DNA of 64,000 nucleotides, from assembly GCF_963676685.1 (NCBI RefSeq), contig NC_092347.1:84816001-84880000 (forward strand). The letters are read 5' to 3'. The DNA comes from Mytilus edulis (Eukaryota). Every line of letters begins with the position of its first letter. Position 1 is the first letter of the stretch. The translations under genes were made by a program, and so were the position numbers. Below, piece after piece: positions 1-13,900 of this stretch. The notes below the pieces were generated by a model. It saw only the letters and a program-made list of their open reading frames with translations, was not told the origin of the DNA and made no database searches.

Positions 1-199
1 AGTAACAGCTCTTCTACGAAATACAAATGAAGGCAAAGTCATTCTATGCATTTCCAAGGAAGATAACTTTTCCAAAGAATGAAGTTATTTAGAGGGAGGT
101 TATTTTAACAGATAGAAACCAGTAATCAATCATCCTGAAAACTGCTCAAAGCACTTTAGAGTAATGGTTTTGAAAACTGGATCCCCCTTTTTTATGAAT

Positions 200-425
200 A
201 AAATCCCATACACAATATACTTCAGAAACTTAAAATATTAAATTTACAAAAAGTGAAAGTGAGCTTACATCCATAGATATATAAACAATTCACAAAAGTT
301 TCATAATAAATTGGTTAAAGCCTCTGAGTTTTTTTCCAACATGTAAACTTGACAACTAACAGACAGACAGACATAATGACGGACAGTTGTACACCATAAT
401 GTGTCCTGTAAAGGGGCATATAAAA
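200..425 (-). mobile_element. Degraded Helentron/HINE-like 5' end (left boundary approximate)
   Basis: Minus strand reads TTTTTATATGCCCC followed by a (GTCT/GTCC) microsatellite, like the other HINEs in the window. Confidence 0.4.
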
Positions 426-1525
426 ACAGATATTTATACTTACTTAATTTACAATGTGTAATTTAATATAATGATTAAAACAGATAAATCAGTTATAGAG
501 GTACATGTGGTAAAAATTAAAAAAAAATATCATTTCAAATTAAAATAATACATTGTAAAAAATAGGAACTTATCAGGATTGTGTCAGATACTTCTTGATA
601 CCTTTTTTTTTTAAATTAAAAAGTGTTTAAGGACTTTACTACACATTTTTTATAGTAGTTTTATAGATATAAAGATAACATATTTTTCTACACATTGGTC
701 TCCTGTTAACCTTGTTTGTTATCTAGGATGATAAGTTATTATTGTGTCTTTAGTGAAAACAGGTTTAAATGTATGTACAGAAAAATTAATGAGTCCTCGG
801 TAGGATGTAGGACGAGAAACACTAGGCTTTAAACATATATTTTGGTTCTTCTGTGACTAACTATGGAAGTAAGATTAGTCTTTACATTTAAACATTGTTT
901 TAAATTTGTATACATTTTACAGTAGAATTTGTACAACTGTGGTTCCAATTACTTGTCATTTTTCATTCAGCACTGTCAAAGTCAGAGTGTCGCTCCAATA
1001 GACTCAATGTTACAGTAAAAAAAAAAAACAATCAAAACTAAAAACAAAATTCCTACCTACATGTACAATGTACCTATCAAAGAGTACCCTAACTTTTTTA
1101 AATGTAACTGGAAATGCACATACTATTTTATTTGGCCCTAATTTGGTCCTCATGTGCAAAAAGTGTCAATTTTGACGTTTTTATGTTATTTTTCTCGACC
1201 AGGAGGTAAGAGGAATGCTAATAGATGCATCCAGCTATTGTTTAGATGTAGAGTGGACCCCAGTGAACACATTTATCACAACAGTTGTTAGATTAGAGTG
1301 AAACTGATCTGGGTAAATCAGTCTAAAAAAGGTCGTTTGCACCAAAATTCTAAAAAATTCTGATTTCAGACCTCGAAGGTAAGCCCACCACTCAAAAAAA
1401 ACAACACTTTGGTCTGATTTCAATTTTCCAAGTTTGTATTTGAGCTCAAAATGAACTTTAAAAGTGAGAAAGATGACAATTAATTGTGCAAGATTGAGGA
1501 AACATGCATACACTTCCAATTAAAT

Positions 1526-3389
1526 CACTGTGCTTAAACGGCTGTGGGTAACTTAAGTTACCCACAGCCCAAGATGGAGCCGCCTTGCGTCGGTTAGATA
1601 CTTTTCTTCTATAGAATAACAATACCACGAATGCATCAACTTAAACAACTGAATTTAAAAGTTGTATTAATCGTTTAGGGAAACCCCTAAATTGGAAAGG
1701 TGATTAAATTCTACAAAATAAACGATCACAGCACGATTTTAAAAAACACTTAGGCTGTCCGTAACTTCAAAACAACTTGTCCGTAACTTTTTTCATCATA
1801 CCAATAGAGATGTCCGTAACTTTCAAAGAATCGACATACGCGGATGTAATGTTTAAACTGATGATAGAGATTGCATCGAATACATATTCACAAAACGAAG
1901 TAGATGTCTAGTATGATATAATTCATTGTATCGATGGAAGACAAAATTGGGAAAATATGAAAAAAATCACGATAAATCCGCAAAACTCTCATTTTGTATA
2001 ACGTCGGGGTACCCGAATCGCCTAGTTCGGAGGGTTGTTTCCGATCATAGCAGATAAACTGTTGAAACATCATTGTTCGTTTTTATTTTTGAACAAGTAG
2101 ACTACACAAGTATTTTTTACACATACATGTAGCATGTATACACTTACTGATTTTCTGCCAGCAACGTTACGACAAGGGTAGCGTGAATTCGGGATTTTGG
2201 AGGGGAACCCAAATTGCCCAGGCATGCAGTGGATAGACTATACGAGACTTAAGTGCACAAACTTTTCCCGTCTTTTTGAAAAAGCCAAAAACACTTTTCT
2301 CTCATCCCCACACAAACAAATCCCATCAGCATTGACAGTAAAATAAAAGGGGTGTCAATCTGGACACACTGGGACGTTGCGCACGGTGATATTGCGGCAC
2401 CCTGGCCAAGATTTACAGTAAATGGGAAAACTTTTAAAAAAAAAGGACATTTTGTATAAATGAATAAACCTAGTTTTACAGCTAGCTGCATATTTCATTT
2501 GTATGCAAGTTGCATCAAATCTCATTAAACTGAATAAAACTAAAAGACACAATAGGTAAAAGTCAGTGACAATAAAAGGAAAAGAGCAGTCAACATAACT
2601 GTAACAATTCGACATAGTATATAAAAATATAAATAACTACGTAGGACAACAGGGTAATTTAATAGTCTAACAACCCCTGATAACATACAAAGAGAGAAAA
2701 AAAAACATACTAGGAAACATATTCAAAAAATCATAACACTATAACTAACTGGTGGGATGTATAAATACCGAGCCTCGTCAAAGAGTATTCATCAAAATAC
2801 ACATAGAAAGAAACAGAGGTGAAGGTAAACCGCAAACATATAATTAAACTCAAAACATTAAAGAGTATGGAAAAGCCTTGGTCTGACAAGCCAAAAACGT
2901 CGATAAGACGCACATCAGTAAATAAAAGTTCAAACCATAACCAGGATGGAGTACCACAAACCCCACATAAAACTTCTGTGGTGTAAGTATGATGCGTTGA
3001 TAAAATCACATTTGGTGGTGAATGAGTAGTATAAACGGCCGCGAAGGTTACAAATATGATGTTAATTGTCTTCTAATTTTAAAATTTTAAATCAAAAGTT
3101 ACCCACATCTAAAAATAAAGTTACGGACAGTCTGCTTAGTTTCGATAAAAAAGTTACGGACATATTATGCATTTTTTAAAGTTGACCTTGCGCTTTAGTG
3201 AACTCTATATTAACAAATTTATGGTAATTGTTAGTCATTTCTTTATTCAATAATCCTATAAAGATTTACATTCTGCATGAAAAACGTCGCAAAAGGTACA
3301 TTTTGTATGAATTAAATATCAACGAGTTTAGAGTCCGCCATCTTGGGCTGTGGGTAACTTAAGTTACCCACAGCCGTTTAAGCACAGTG
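1526..3389. mobile_element. Non-autonomous DNA transposon, Transib/RAG-like ends
   Basis: 52-bp perfect TIRs starting CACTGTG, 5-bp TSD TAAAT (1521-1525, 3390-3394), subterminal TGTCCGTAACTT x3 at left and inverted x2 at right; no transposase ORF. Confidence 0.85.
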
Positions 3390-4699
3390 TAAATGGCATG
3401 ACGTTGACCTCAAAATGTTTGGAGCGTGCCAAATAACAGTGCTTTGGGTGTGGCCATAATATTACGGCCCTCGCATGGTAAGGGTTAATTTTTGCTCAAA
3501 TTTCATTAACAGATTAAAAGAGAAGAAAATAATATACACTGCAATTGGTATATATCTCAGTTTACATCAAATAATTTGTGACCTGGTATATTCTACATGA
3601 ATTAAATTATATTATTCTATTTACTGGATATTCCTGAACTGTACATCTTGATCTTGATATGGTTACACAACACATCAGACAGACATTTAAAATGTTATAA
3701 GCATTGTGCACCCATCTAAAAGCAATACATTTGTATATCCAAATGCCCCTAGCTCACAATATCTCTTGTTGAAAAATGTCCAGTGGTGCTCATTGAGATC
3801 CAGTTCTTAAAAGTATTTGTGATACCGATAAAACTAAATTTGAGTGATTCTCTTGATCTGGTTGGTATCCAATAAAATAATCAAATTATACCTATCGCCA
3901 AATCATATACATTTATCATACATCAAATGTAATTTGTATACTGTTTATGCTTTTTTAATGGAAATTGTGATGTCACAATCAATCTAATAAACACAATAAA
4001 TGTAGATTTTTGGGTTTACTACACAAAGATATCATAAAATATCAGCCGTGAGCCACAATGTGAACTTTTTGGGGTGAGTGAGCACAGCAAAAGAGCTTAA
4101 AAGCTTCAAGTTGTGGAGCATACACAAAACCAAATTCATCTGTTTATCGTATTATTACCGTCTAACTCTTTTTTCCTTCTCTAAGAAAGTTTTATGCTTG
4201 ACAGAAACAAGCTTAATTACGTCTCCTCTCACATTGAAACGTCGCTGATAACTTCTGCTTAGATGTCATTGTGACTTCGCTGATTATGCCTGGTCTCAAA
4301 CTCAAAGCTGTGATACAAGAATAACTGATCACTGATTGAAGGTGCAGGGAAGAAGATAACCAATAATACAAGGATATGCAGGGAATAGGTGATGTTTAAA
4401 GTATATTAAATAAATGTTTAATCGTTCTAAAAAACGCATGAAATATTTGCCACTGGACTTCAAGCAATCTAGTATGTTTGAAAATAGTGATTGTAATTAT
4501 TCTGCTCATTCTAGATTGGCAAACAAAAATATATACATGTGTTTGTTTATATGTGTACATATTTGTTATTGAAGCATCTTACTTCTGTTCAATCTTTTTA
4601 CTGTTTTAATGATTCAAACTTGTTGTTTCCTGAATCGTGCATGTGAAATATTTCAGAAGCGGATGTAAACAAAAATAATCCAAGTTGTTGAAGTTACAC

Positions 4700-4790
4700 A
4701 TGCTATGATTGGATAATTTCCCTTAATTCAAAGAAGCACAATTTTGATTAGGTGAACCCGGAGGTCAATGTATTACGCGGGAAATTTCCA
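4700..4790 (+). promoter_or_regulatory. Putative cell-cycle-type UNG promoter: inverted CCAAT (4708-4712), CHR-like TTCAAA (4727-4732), E2F site GCGGGAAA (4777-4784)
   Basis: Motif matches within ~125 bp upstream of the ATG; short motifs, so function is inferred. Confidence 0.5.
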
Positions 4791-4830
4791 CATGGTTATC
4801 AATAACAACATTCAACTCCTTAGAATAATA

Positions 4831-4908
4831 ATGAATAATCAAGCAAAGATTTCAACATTTTTCACAAAAGTTTCACCTGGAAAACGGCAAAATACTGGAG
4901 CTTTAGAG
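4831..4908 (+). CDS. UNG: UNG exon 1 ([26 protein letters not shown]), PCNA-binding PIP box
   Basis: ATG at 4831; QAKISTFF fits Q-x-x-I/L-x-x-F-F as in vertebrate UNG2; donor GAG|gtacat in phase 0 matches exon 2. Confidence 0.85.
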
Positions 4909-7900
4909 GTACATGCAACAAGACAAGTTTATTGAATTTAACCCTGATTTAACCTATTTAGCTATTAAAATTTGAGTGCCCATTATCTCAAATTATTATA
5001 TCTGATCTTATCTAGGGCAAAATTATATATGCTTATAAATTACGGTTGATGATTGATTCAAAATTTAGAGAAGCCATTTTTATAAATTATAGTGTCATAC
5101 ATGTAAGTTTGTGATTTGACACACTGATAAATCTGGGACCAAGAGATAGTTGCATGTACTTAATTGTCTTTGAAAAACAATACACCTTATCGCTATTTGT
5201 CCGCCAATACTGGACATCACAAAATTATATATATATGACATCAAATTTTTATGGGAACTTTGAAATAGTAAATAGGCACTGGCTACGGTTACATGGAAAT
5301 GTAACAATAATAAAAAATATTATTGTTACATTGGAGAGTAAATGCCGGAATGCATGGTTGGGTAAGGACCGGCTTAATTACGAATGTAACAATAATTATT
5401 GAGGCTACGGTTACATTGCGTTATTGTTACATGAAAAAAGCAATGCACGATGGGACTAGTAATATGTACTAAATAATGAAAGTTGAGGACATTTATTACA
5501 TACATTTATAACATACAATTTATTTACTGTAATTTTTTATTCACAATGACAATTTCTACAAATCCAGTAAGTTGTTTTTAAAGTCCGACACATTTTTGAT
5601 GAACGAAATTACGTCCTCCACGCATACGTGTACATACAGAATTTCTTAGTATTTAAGTTACAGTTAGCAAACTTTGCTTTTGATTATCAATTTGCGTCAA
5701 GTTATAAAGCTGTATGAAATGTATGTCTTGATATTCTTTCAGTTTCATTTAAAACGCATCCCAAGTTTTATTTTTTTCACCATAAACAAAATTGGTCCAA
5801 AATATAATGACAGTAATAAGAGTAGGTGTGCAGTTAAATACTTTAAAAAAGTGAAACCATTGAACTATATTTTTCGCCTTTGACAGTCACACTCCTAATC
5901 TTGAGTAGTATCTTTAAGAACATCAAAACCATTAATACGTAGTAAAACTATTCAAGTTGTACACCATTTGTTGAATAATAATATTTTATTATTTATCAGT
6001 ATTAAACTACAAGTAATGTTTGGTACATATGAAATAATGAAGCAATACAACTATAGAAGATTTAAGTTTAATCAATCTAGCGTACATTGCTGTTTTTCAT
6101 GTAACAATAAAGTAATGTAACCGTAGCCTCAGTAATTATTGTTACATTTGTAATTAATCAATTCCTTACCCAACTTTGCATTCCGGCAATTAGTCTCCAA
6201 TGTAACCGTAGCCAGTTCCTAGTAAATATCTGATGCCACAGTGGAAAAGTGATTATTGTATATATGACGTCAGAAGTTCAAGCAGGACAGATTCTTGGGT
6301 CCAGCGGGACAGATTTTCAAATGACAAGGTGTATATACTTGATTATAACACTATGTACTTATTTCACTAATAATTTTTTGAGAAATGTCACACGGTCACG
6401 AACTTGCTTTAAATTTTCATTCTGCTGTTGTCTATATCTTTGAACTTTGTTAAGTTGTAATAAATATTATCTTAGGAAATACATTGTACATGTAGTGCTA
6501 AAGACACCTATTTCTGTTGTCAGAATAAATCATGGCAGACCTTCCAAATACTTTTTTTTTGGTCAACAGTAAGTTATTTTGTCTTCTCACAGCCAAGTGG
6601 CAAAGTTAATCATTTGTCACTGAAAAAAAAATAATTGGAAAACCAAAATCAGGGTTCACACTTAGACAATCGAGTCATATTAGTCAACAGAACTCCTAAA
6701 AATCTGTCTGGATTCATCATTTTCAAAACTGGTATTTACAGTCCAAGGTTTGCATTAATATTGTAAGATATTGCATCAACTTTGCCATGGCCTTAAATGA
6801 GGAGTCACCAACATTGCAAGGGCTGTAAAGCAAGTCAAGGTCGTTAAACACTTCCATCATCAACCCCTTATATTTTTTTTCAACATGATACTACATTAAT
6901 ACATGAACATGTGTAGTAGATATAAAAACAAAAAAAGTAATGTATTTGGGTAGAGTGACTTAACAACATTTTTTAGTATTTCCCTATCCATGGTACAATG
7001 GGCTCCATATTATTTTACGGGTAGGTCTTTTCACCACCGCACACTGCCGAACACCACCGAACACCCCAAAAGTTTATTACTTTGTCTTTTACCGTTATAA
7101 ATGTGACTTAAATATAATATTCATGTTAGGCCACCCTTAAAAAAATGTTTGTTTGGCATTGCCGACCCACACTATCAGCAGGTGGGTAGGTAGGTAGGGA
7201 TTTTTTTTATTTTTTTACATTTAAAAGCTTTATACATGTAAATCATACAGTCTCTAGATCAATGTTGTCTAAAAGATTGCAGCATTGTTGTGTGTACATG
7301 CTGGTGGTTTCTTTGAAAGAGGTCAACTGTCAATTTCACATTCTACATCATGGATAATTTCATGTAAGACAGTCAGTTTTATTGGCAGAGTTAAACAAAG
7401 CACCCAGAAAAAAACACAGAACTGAGACAGGAAACTGACAAATTAACCATATAAAATGTATGACGTGAAAAATTAACTTTTATTGTGGGACTGTCCATTG
7501 AACAGAGGCCTGATGTCACATCTTGAAGTTGTGGTCACAGTTTGGTAAAATTACCATAAGTTAAATGGCTCAACCACTACGGCTCCTTGTACAAATGGAC
7601 AAAGATTTAAAGCTTTGATTGTTTGCTTTGGTTTTATAAACATCACTTTCTACAACATATGGGTAATTTCATGGCAGTCAGTTTTAGTGGCGTACTAAAC
7701 CGTAGTACTTGAAGGAAAACGCCAACCTGCAGGAGGAAACTGACTAAACCTTATCACATATGACATGAAAATCAAACCTTAATTTTGCAACTGCCCAACT
7801 AGGGCTCAAACCAATACCTAGAGGCTAGTAATCATACATGCCATACAAACACACCTATACTGCCCCTGATAAGTTTTGAGGATAAAGGATCTGTACCAAA

Positions 7901-10900
7901 TTAGAATAGCAAAATATTAAAAATTTGGAAGGTTGGCACAAATAGACATGGTGTTTATACTAATATTATCCAAGTGCAAGGTTTTTCAGGGCTAGGTTTA
8001 AAACGTATGATAAATTCAAAATGGAAAGATGCAGCAGGACAGACAATTGTTGCAGATAAATAAATTCTGGGTTGTAATGCTTGTTTGATTAACAGAAATC
8101 TGGACATGCATTACATGAATACAGATAGATTAATGAGCCCTTAGAATTGTGGAAAAGGAAGGGATTTTATTCATCACTAGTACACTAGATACATTTATAA
8201 ATATGTTTTTCTATCAGTATCTTTTATGTTTTAAGAATGATCTTATTCATGTTAAGAAGAAAGGCAAGAAAAGGGGGAAGTACAGTCAATTGTCACAAGA
8301 TGCTAGTCTTTAAAATATGTATGTTTTGTACCAGGCTAGCATCTACTGGTACAAAACTACTATAAACCTGTAAATATGGGACCATTTTGGTCTTTAATTA
8401 AGCTTTGGTGCTTACAGCCATAATTATCTTGAATGCATCATTGTGGTTCTGACTATAGTAGATACTTTGTTCTCTGGTTCAAGGGAAAATTTGTCAATGA
8501 TAAATTTCAAATGCTTAATAAGTTCAACAAATGTAAGAGCCACGCATATTTGTTCTGTGATGTCCCAGTGAAAAACTTCTATCTCATGAAGCGACAAAGT
8601 CAAGCAGAAATCATCTGTTTCTGCTTTACAAAAGATAAAATTTGAGTCCTCTACAAGGTCTCTCAGAACGTTTCTTTCAAAGAATAGCTGAAAATTTGTT
8701 TTTTGATAAAATCCATCTCCCTTAACCAATGCATTGCAGCATAGGGAGATGCTTTCCCCTGCCGGCCTCTTTGACATTAATTTTGGCAGACTTTTTCTAT
8801 TCCATGTCATTTAAATGTTTGCTCCCAATACAGTGTAAGGCTAGCGCTTTTAAGATCGTGATTTAAAATAAGTCAAGCCAGGAACAAACTCAGCGGATAC
8901 GATCAAATTCCGGCACGATTTCGATTTTTTTTAAATAATAAAAAAAAAAAAATTCTGAAACGCAAATAAAATTATTGGGGCGGCAAGTTTTTCAGTGGGT
9001 CGGGCGGCAATGCCAAACAAATGAAATTTTATTTTAGGCCTTATTGATTCAACAAATCAGAAGATTGGGAGTCCAAATATCTACAGAAAACAGAAAGGGA
9101 GAGTCTATAACACCCCACTTTTTGAACTGCGCAGACCCCCATGGAGACCTCAAATATATGATTTTCCTTTTTTTTTCTTCTTCAATCTCTTCTATAAAAT
9201 AGTTGTACCAATAATAATAAAAGAGACAAATAACAAAATTTTACCGAGCACAGAGATCAAAGATACTTCAAATGATTACTAATTATGAATTTATTTGAAT
9301 TTTATTATTTTAATAACACACATGTACACAATGTAATCCGGAAAGTGATGAATCCGGAGACGTTTGTCCTTACATGTATATTGATTATCGATTTTAACAT
9401 AAAAATGATGCCCTTAAAAATCTAAAAATCATTTAATTATACGTAATATGATATGTTTTATCGTTTTATTGTATAATATCACAGTTTTTCTTAGTGGTTG
9501 GTGGTTTTTGGGGTGTTTGGCGGTGTTCGGTGGTGTGCGGTGGTGTTCGGTGGTGAAAAAGACCCACCCTTATCTTACCAGTACAGCTTTCTGTCCATTA
9601 TAAAGATACTTAGTCTAATGTTTAACTTAGATTCTTACTGTATTTGTTTTTGTTTTACAGAAACCTTCAAAGAAAGCAAGAATAGACAATGAAAATATTC
9701 CTCCCTCACCAAAAACAGATTATGCAAATAAAGAACCAGCTCCTCTTTTAAAGAAAGGTGATACAAGTCCAGTCAGGGACCTTCCATCTTCTCCTGGTGG
9801 GGATATGCCAAAAACTGAATGTTTATCCCCTGAACAGAAAGATCGAGTGAACGGGAATAAAGCTGCTGCTTTGGCCAAGTTAAGAGAAAAACAGACCAAT
9901 GGATTACTGACTAAAGTTGGTGATTCCTGGTATAAAGCTCTTCAGGAAGAATTTACTAAACCATACTTTGTTGAGGTAAAGTTTGTTTTTGATGATGAAA
10001 GTTAATAATAAATAATTTGGTTGAATTAGATAAGAAGCCTACAGAGACTTTTCAGGCTTATTCATTCTCTCCAAATTAATTGATGATGATTAAAAGTGGT
10101 ATTTGGATCCTTTTATACCACTGAGTGTTACCTTGTCATTTAGAAACTACCATTTTTCTATAGGAATCTATGAAAAACTTTAATTAGTACTAAATCAATC
10201 TTTGAAGTTTTAGTGCATTTTCCTTACTATGTTTTTACAATAAAGAACCATAAAAACCTGTGACAATTCTGCTTCTAGTGGTAAAAGTTTATTGAAATCT
10301 CAGCAGAAATATCCCAACAATAATTTTTGTATTTGAGTGTAAAGGAAAAAAGCATACATGACATCAACAGCAATCTAAAACTGAAACCTCTATTATTTTT
10401 CGTATGTATGTATCCTGCATTAAAGTATGGATTTTTAATAATGTTTTTTTTTTACAGTTGTCGAAGTTTGTAGAATCAGAAAGAAAAAAAGGAACAATTT
10501 ATCCTCCTGCTGACCAGGTCTTTAGCTGGACAAGGTATTGTAAAGTCAATGATGTAAGTTTGTAAGTATAGATTCTTATATTGAATATTGTGACCCATAT
10601 CAGTCCAAAAAACAATCATGCAAGCAAAAAAAAGGATTAAGTTGAACTTTGTTTGATGATGCCTTTAAATATTTAAATTTTATTTTATTAAATGTTTGGC
10701 AAACATCATGGTTCTTCTCGTATTGCCATGGCAAAATGGACTTGAAAGTTGCAAAGAAATGCACTGCAGATAATGGAGTTATCTCCACTTACATAACTTG
10801 CATAATGCATTTTATATGTAACCAATATTTCCTATGAACAGTGGTTGAAAAAGAAATTATTATCAGCTTTTATTATAGCTATTCATGCTGAATATAATTT

Positions 10901-13900
10901 CAGAAATAATTAATATTATTAGACTTTCCTCCAACAAAAACTTTTTGCATTCTTTTTGGGTGGCTGGACTGAAAGAAAAACATTTTTGATTCACTGCATT
11001 GTCAGTGTTTTTAAAATTCCAATTCTGTAATTGGTTGTTTTAAAAATTAAATTGTATGGGTTGTTTGGTAAAAAAAATAGTACCTTCTCAGAGTTTGGGT
11101 ATACTTTTTCTTGATCAGTCCCAATGGCTTGTTATTAACAATATTTATCAGTCAATTTGTGGACATGTACTTATGTGTACGTTCCACTCACATGTATGTA
11201 TAAAAATTTAGTATACACCAGTTCACTAGGTATCAGTAAGACATGTTACCCTACAAGACACATTATTATAACTTTTACTTGAAAATAATTAATGATGAAG
11301 TTGACAAAAGCAACAAGAATGAATAATACATCAAGTTCTTATTTTCAATTATCATAAGCTTGTTCCAGATCCATGAAATATATAAAGGAAGATGTTTATC
11401 TTTTAATGTTCTGTTTTGTATGTTAAAAAGAAGAATGATGTTATAGAAGATTGTACTGTATTATGTTAGATATGAAATAAAGATACACAATTAATTTTTA
11501 AGGTTTTCTGTAGTTTGATAATTGTCTCTCTTTCTATATAATTTAGGTAAAAGTAGTAATACTAGGACAGGATCCTTACCATGGACCAAGACAAGCACAT
11601 GGTGAGCTATAACTTATATTTATAACTTCAAAAAACATTACAAGTTGTACATATAAACTGGCTTACCTTAATAATTCTGTTGAAGTCTTTTATGGCAAGA
11701 ATGGATAAAGTCCAAAGCCAGCTCAGATAAAGATGGCAGGCTGGTAATTAAAGAAATGTTGGTACATTTTTTTACATAGTTTGTTTAATCAACTCATACA
11801 GCTTTCAAATTAGATCCCTTAAACTTCACAGTTTAGAACCTCAACAAAATTGAACTTGGTTTTTCAATGGTTTTCCTCATATAAACAAGATAGATGAATA
11901 AGGGTTCTTCAGTAGTTTTCCCAGCAGCTTTTTCTGAAATCTTAATTGTTATTCTCACATTTTTGTCCATTCTTCTAAAATGGCAATAAAAAATACCACC
12001 AATAATTTCTAAATTTACAGTAAGAAGTTTTTTTAATTCATGATATAATTATGTTTAAATTTATATATTATTTCAGGTCTTTGTTTTAGTGTACAGAAGG
12101 GAGTGCCTCCTCCACCAAGGTAAATTTCGTAGGTTCTTGTTGCTATCTATTAATAACTCCCAGTGGTGAAAAAAATCTGAATAAATTACCAGTCAAAAAT
12201 AAACTCAGAATCAAGGAACTCATATTACAGGAAAGCTATGTTCTATGACTAATCTGAAACCTTACTTCAGTGTTATTATCACAATAAATACTTTGATATT
12301 ACAAATATACTCTCAAGTTATTAAGTACAACTGACATTCTGAATTTTCAACATCAATGGTTAAAGGATTTTCAACATCAATGGTTAAAGGATGAGTTATT
12401 CCCCTTGGTTAATTGAAATAGGAAAAAAATTAATGGTGAGTAGATTTGAATAAAAAGAAATGTGCGATAAATACAAAAGAAACAGAAACCCAATGACATG
12501 ATAAACAAATTGCAACAAGAGATAAATATATGGTCTTATAAAATAGACTGGTGTCTTCAGGACAAATTCTACAAAATTAAAACAACTATATATTTTCAGG
12601 TATTAAAAAAATCCACTTGACTAGAGACAGGCACACAAACTATTGTTGTGATTGTATTTATTATTTGGAATCTCAACCATCCCTATTGTCTATTGTTGCG
12701 ATTGTATTTATTATTTGGAATCTCAACCATCCCTATTGTCTATTGTTGTGATTGTATTTATTATATGGAATCTCAACCATCCCTATTGTCTATTGTTGTG
12801 ATTGTATTTATTATTTGGAATCTCAACCATCCCTATTGTCTATTGTTGTGATTGTATTTATTATATGGAATCTCAACCATCCCTATTGTCTATTGTTGAT
12901 ACCACTCCTGGTGGACTACTAGTCCCAGAGGTTCTCATGTCATGATAAATTAAGAAATATTAGATAGGACTGATACTGTATATAAATTAGGAGATGTGGT
13001 ATGGTTGCCACGGAGATGAACTATCCAATCCATGAATAGATAATCCACAGTATGTTGAATTGTTTTCTTTCAGCCTTGTTAATATGTATAAAGAACTGGT
13101 GAATGACATAAAAGGATTTGAACGTCCAAGTCATGGAACATTGACAGGCTGGTCTGAGCAAGGTAGGTTGTCCTTAGTTCATTAGAAATGTATTTGATGA
13201 CACAGGCAAGGTTATTTAAGACTTTGAAATCACTGCAAATTATATTAAACAAAATAACAATTTTAAAATTTAAAACCCTGTGTTTTATTGATGGAATCTT
13301 TAAATGTACACATTTGTGTTGTATTTCAACTTTTTGCTTTAACTTTGTTTGTCAGCTGCATTATCATATATGCATGATTACAAGGTGAACATTTTTCGTT
13401 TAATATTTTGTTTGAATTCCTGTTCAACAGTTGAAATCAAGCTATACTGCAATCATTCATTAGTTCTTTGTGGTAATAGTTGCAGCATCAGGTACTCAAG
13501 GGAGTGATGCTGGTTCATTGAAGTCTATAGTTTATTATTTTTACTCCTCTTTATCAACCTCTTGACAAATCCTTCCATGCAGGAATACATGATCCATTTT
13601 TGCCTTTTAATGACTCTTGCTTAATATGTTGTAATGTTTTAATAAAATTACATTTTAATATACTTTTAATTGATGCATTGCTTTTAAAAATGAACAATGT
13701 GATTTTAATGAAAAGACCTTTTCAGTACATGTAGAAGAAAACTAGTTAATAATACATAAAGCTTTTGAGAAACACTAGCTCATTGGCAACTTGGCAGTAA
13801 GACACTTTTTTGATATATGAGAAATTTCTTTTTTCTAACTAGGTGTCCTGTTTTGATATATGAGAAATTTCTTTTTTCTAACTAGGTGTCCTATTTTGAT

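Noticed and set aside
3395-3488. piggyBac-like right end (...AGGG TTAA)
   Set aside because: No matching left TIR with TTAA could be located.
4560-4690. Possible divergent gene sharing the UNG promoter
   Set aside because: Only a lone minus-strand donor-like motif; no coding exons found in 1-4600.
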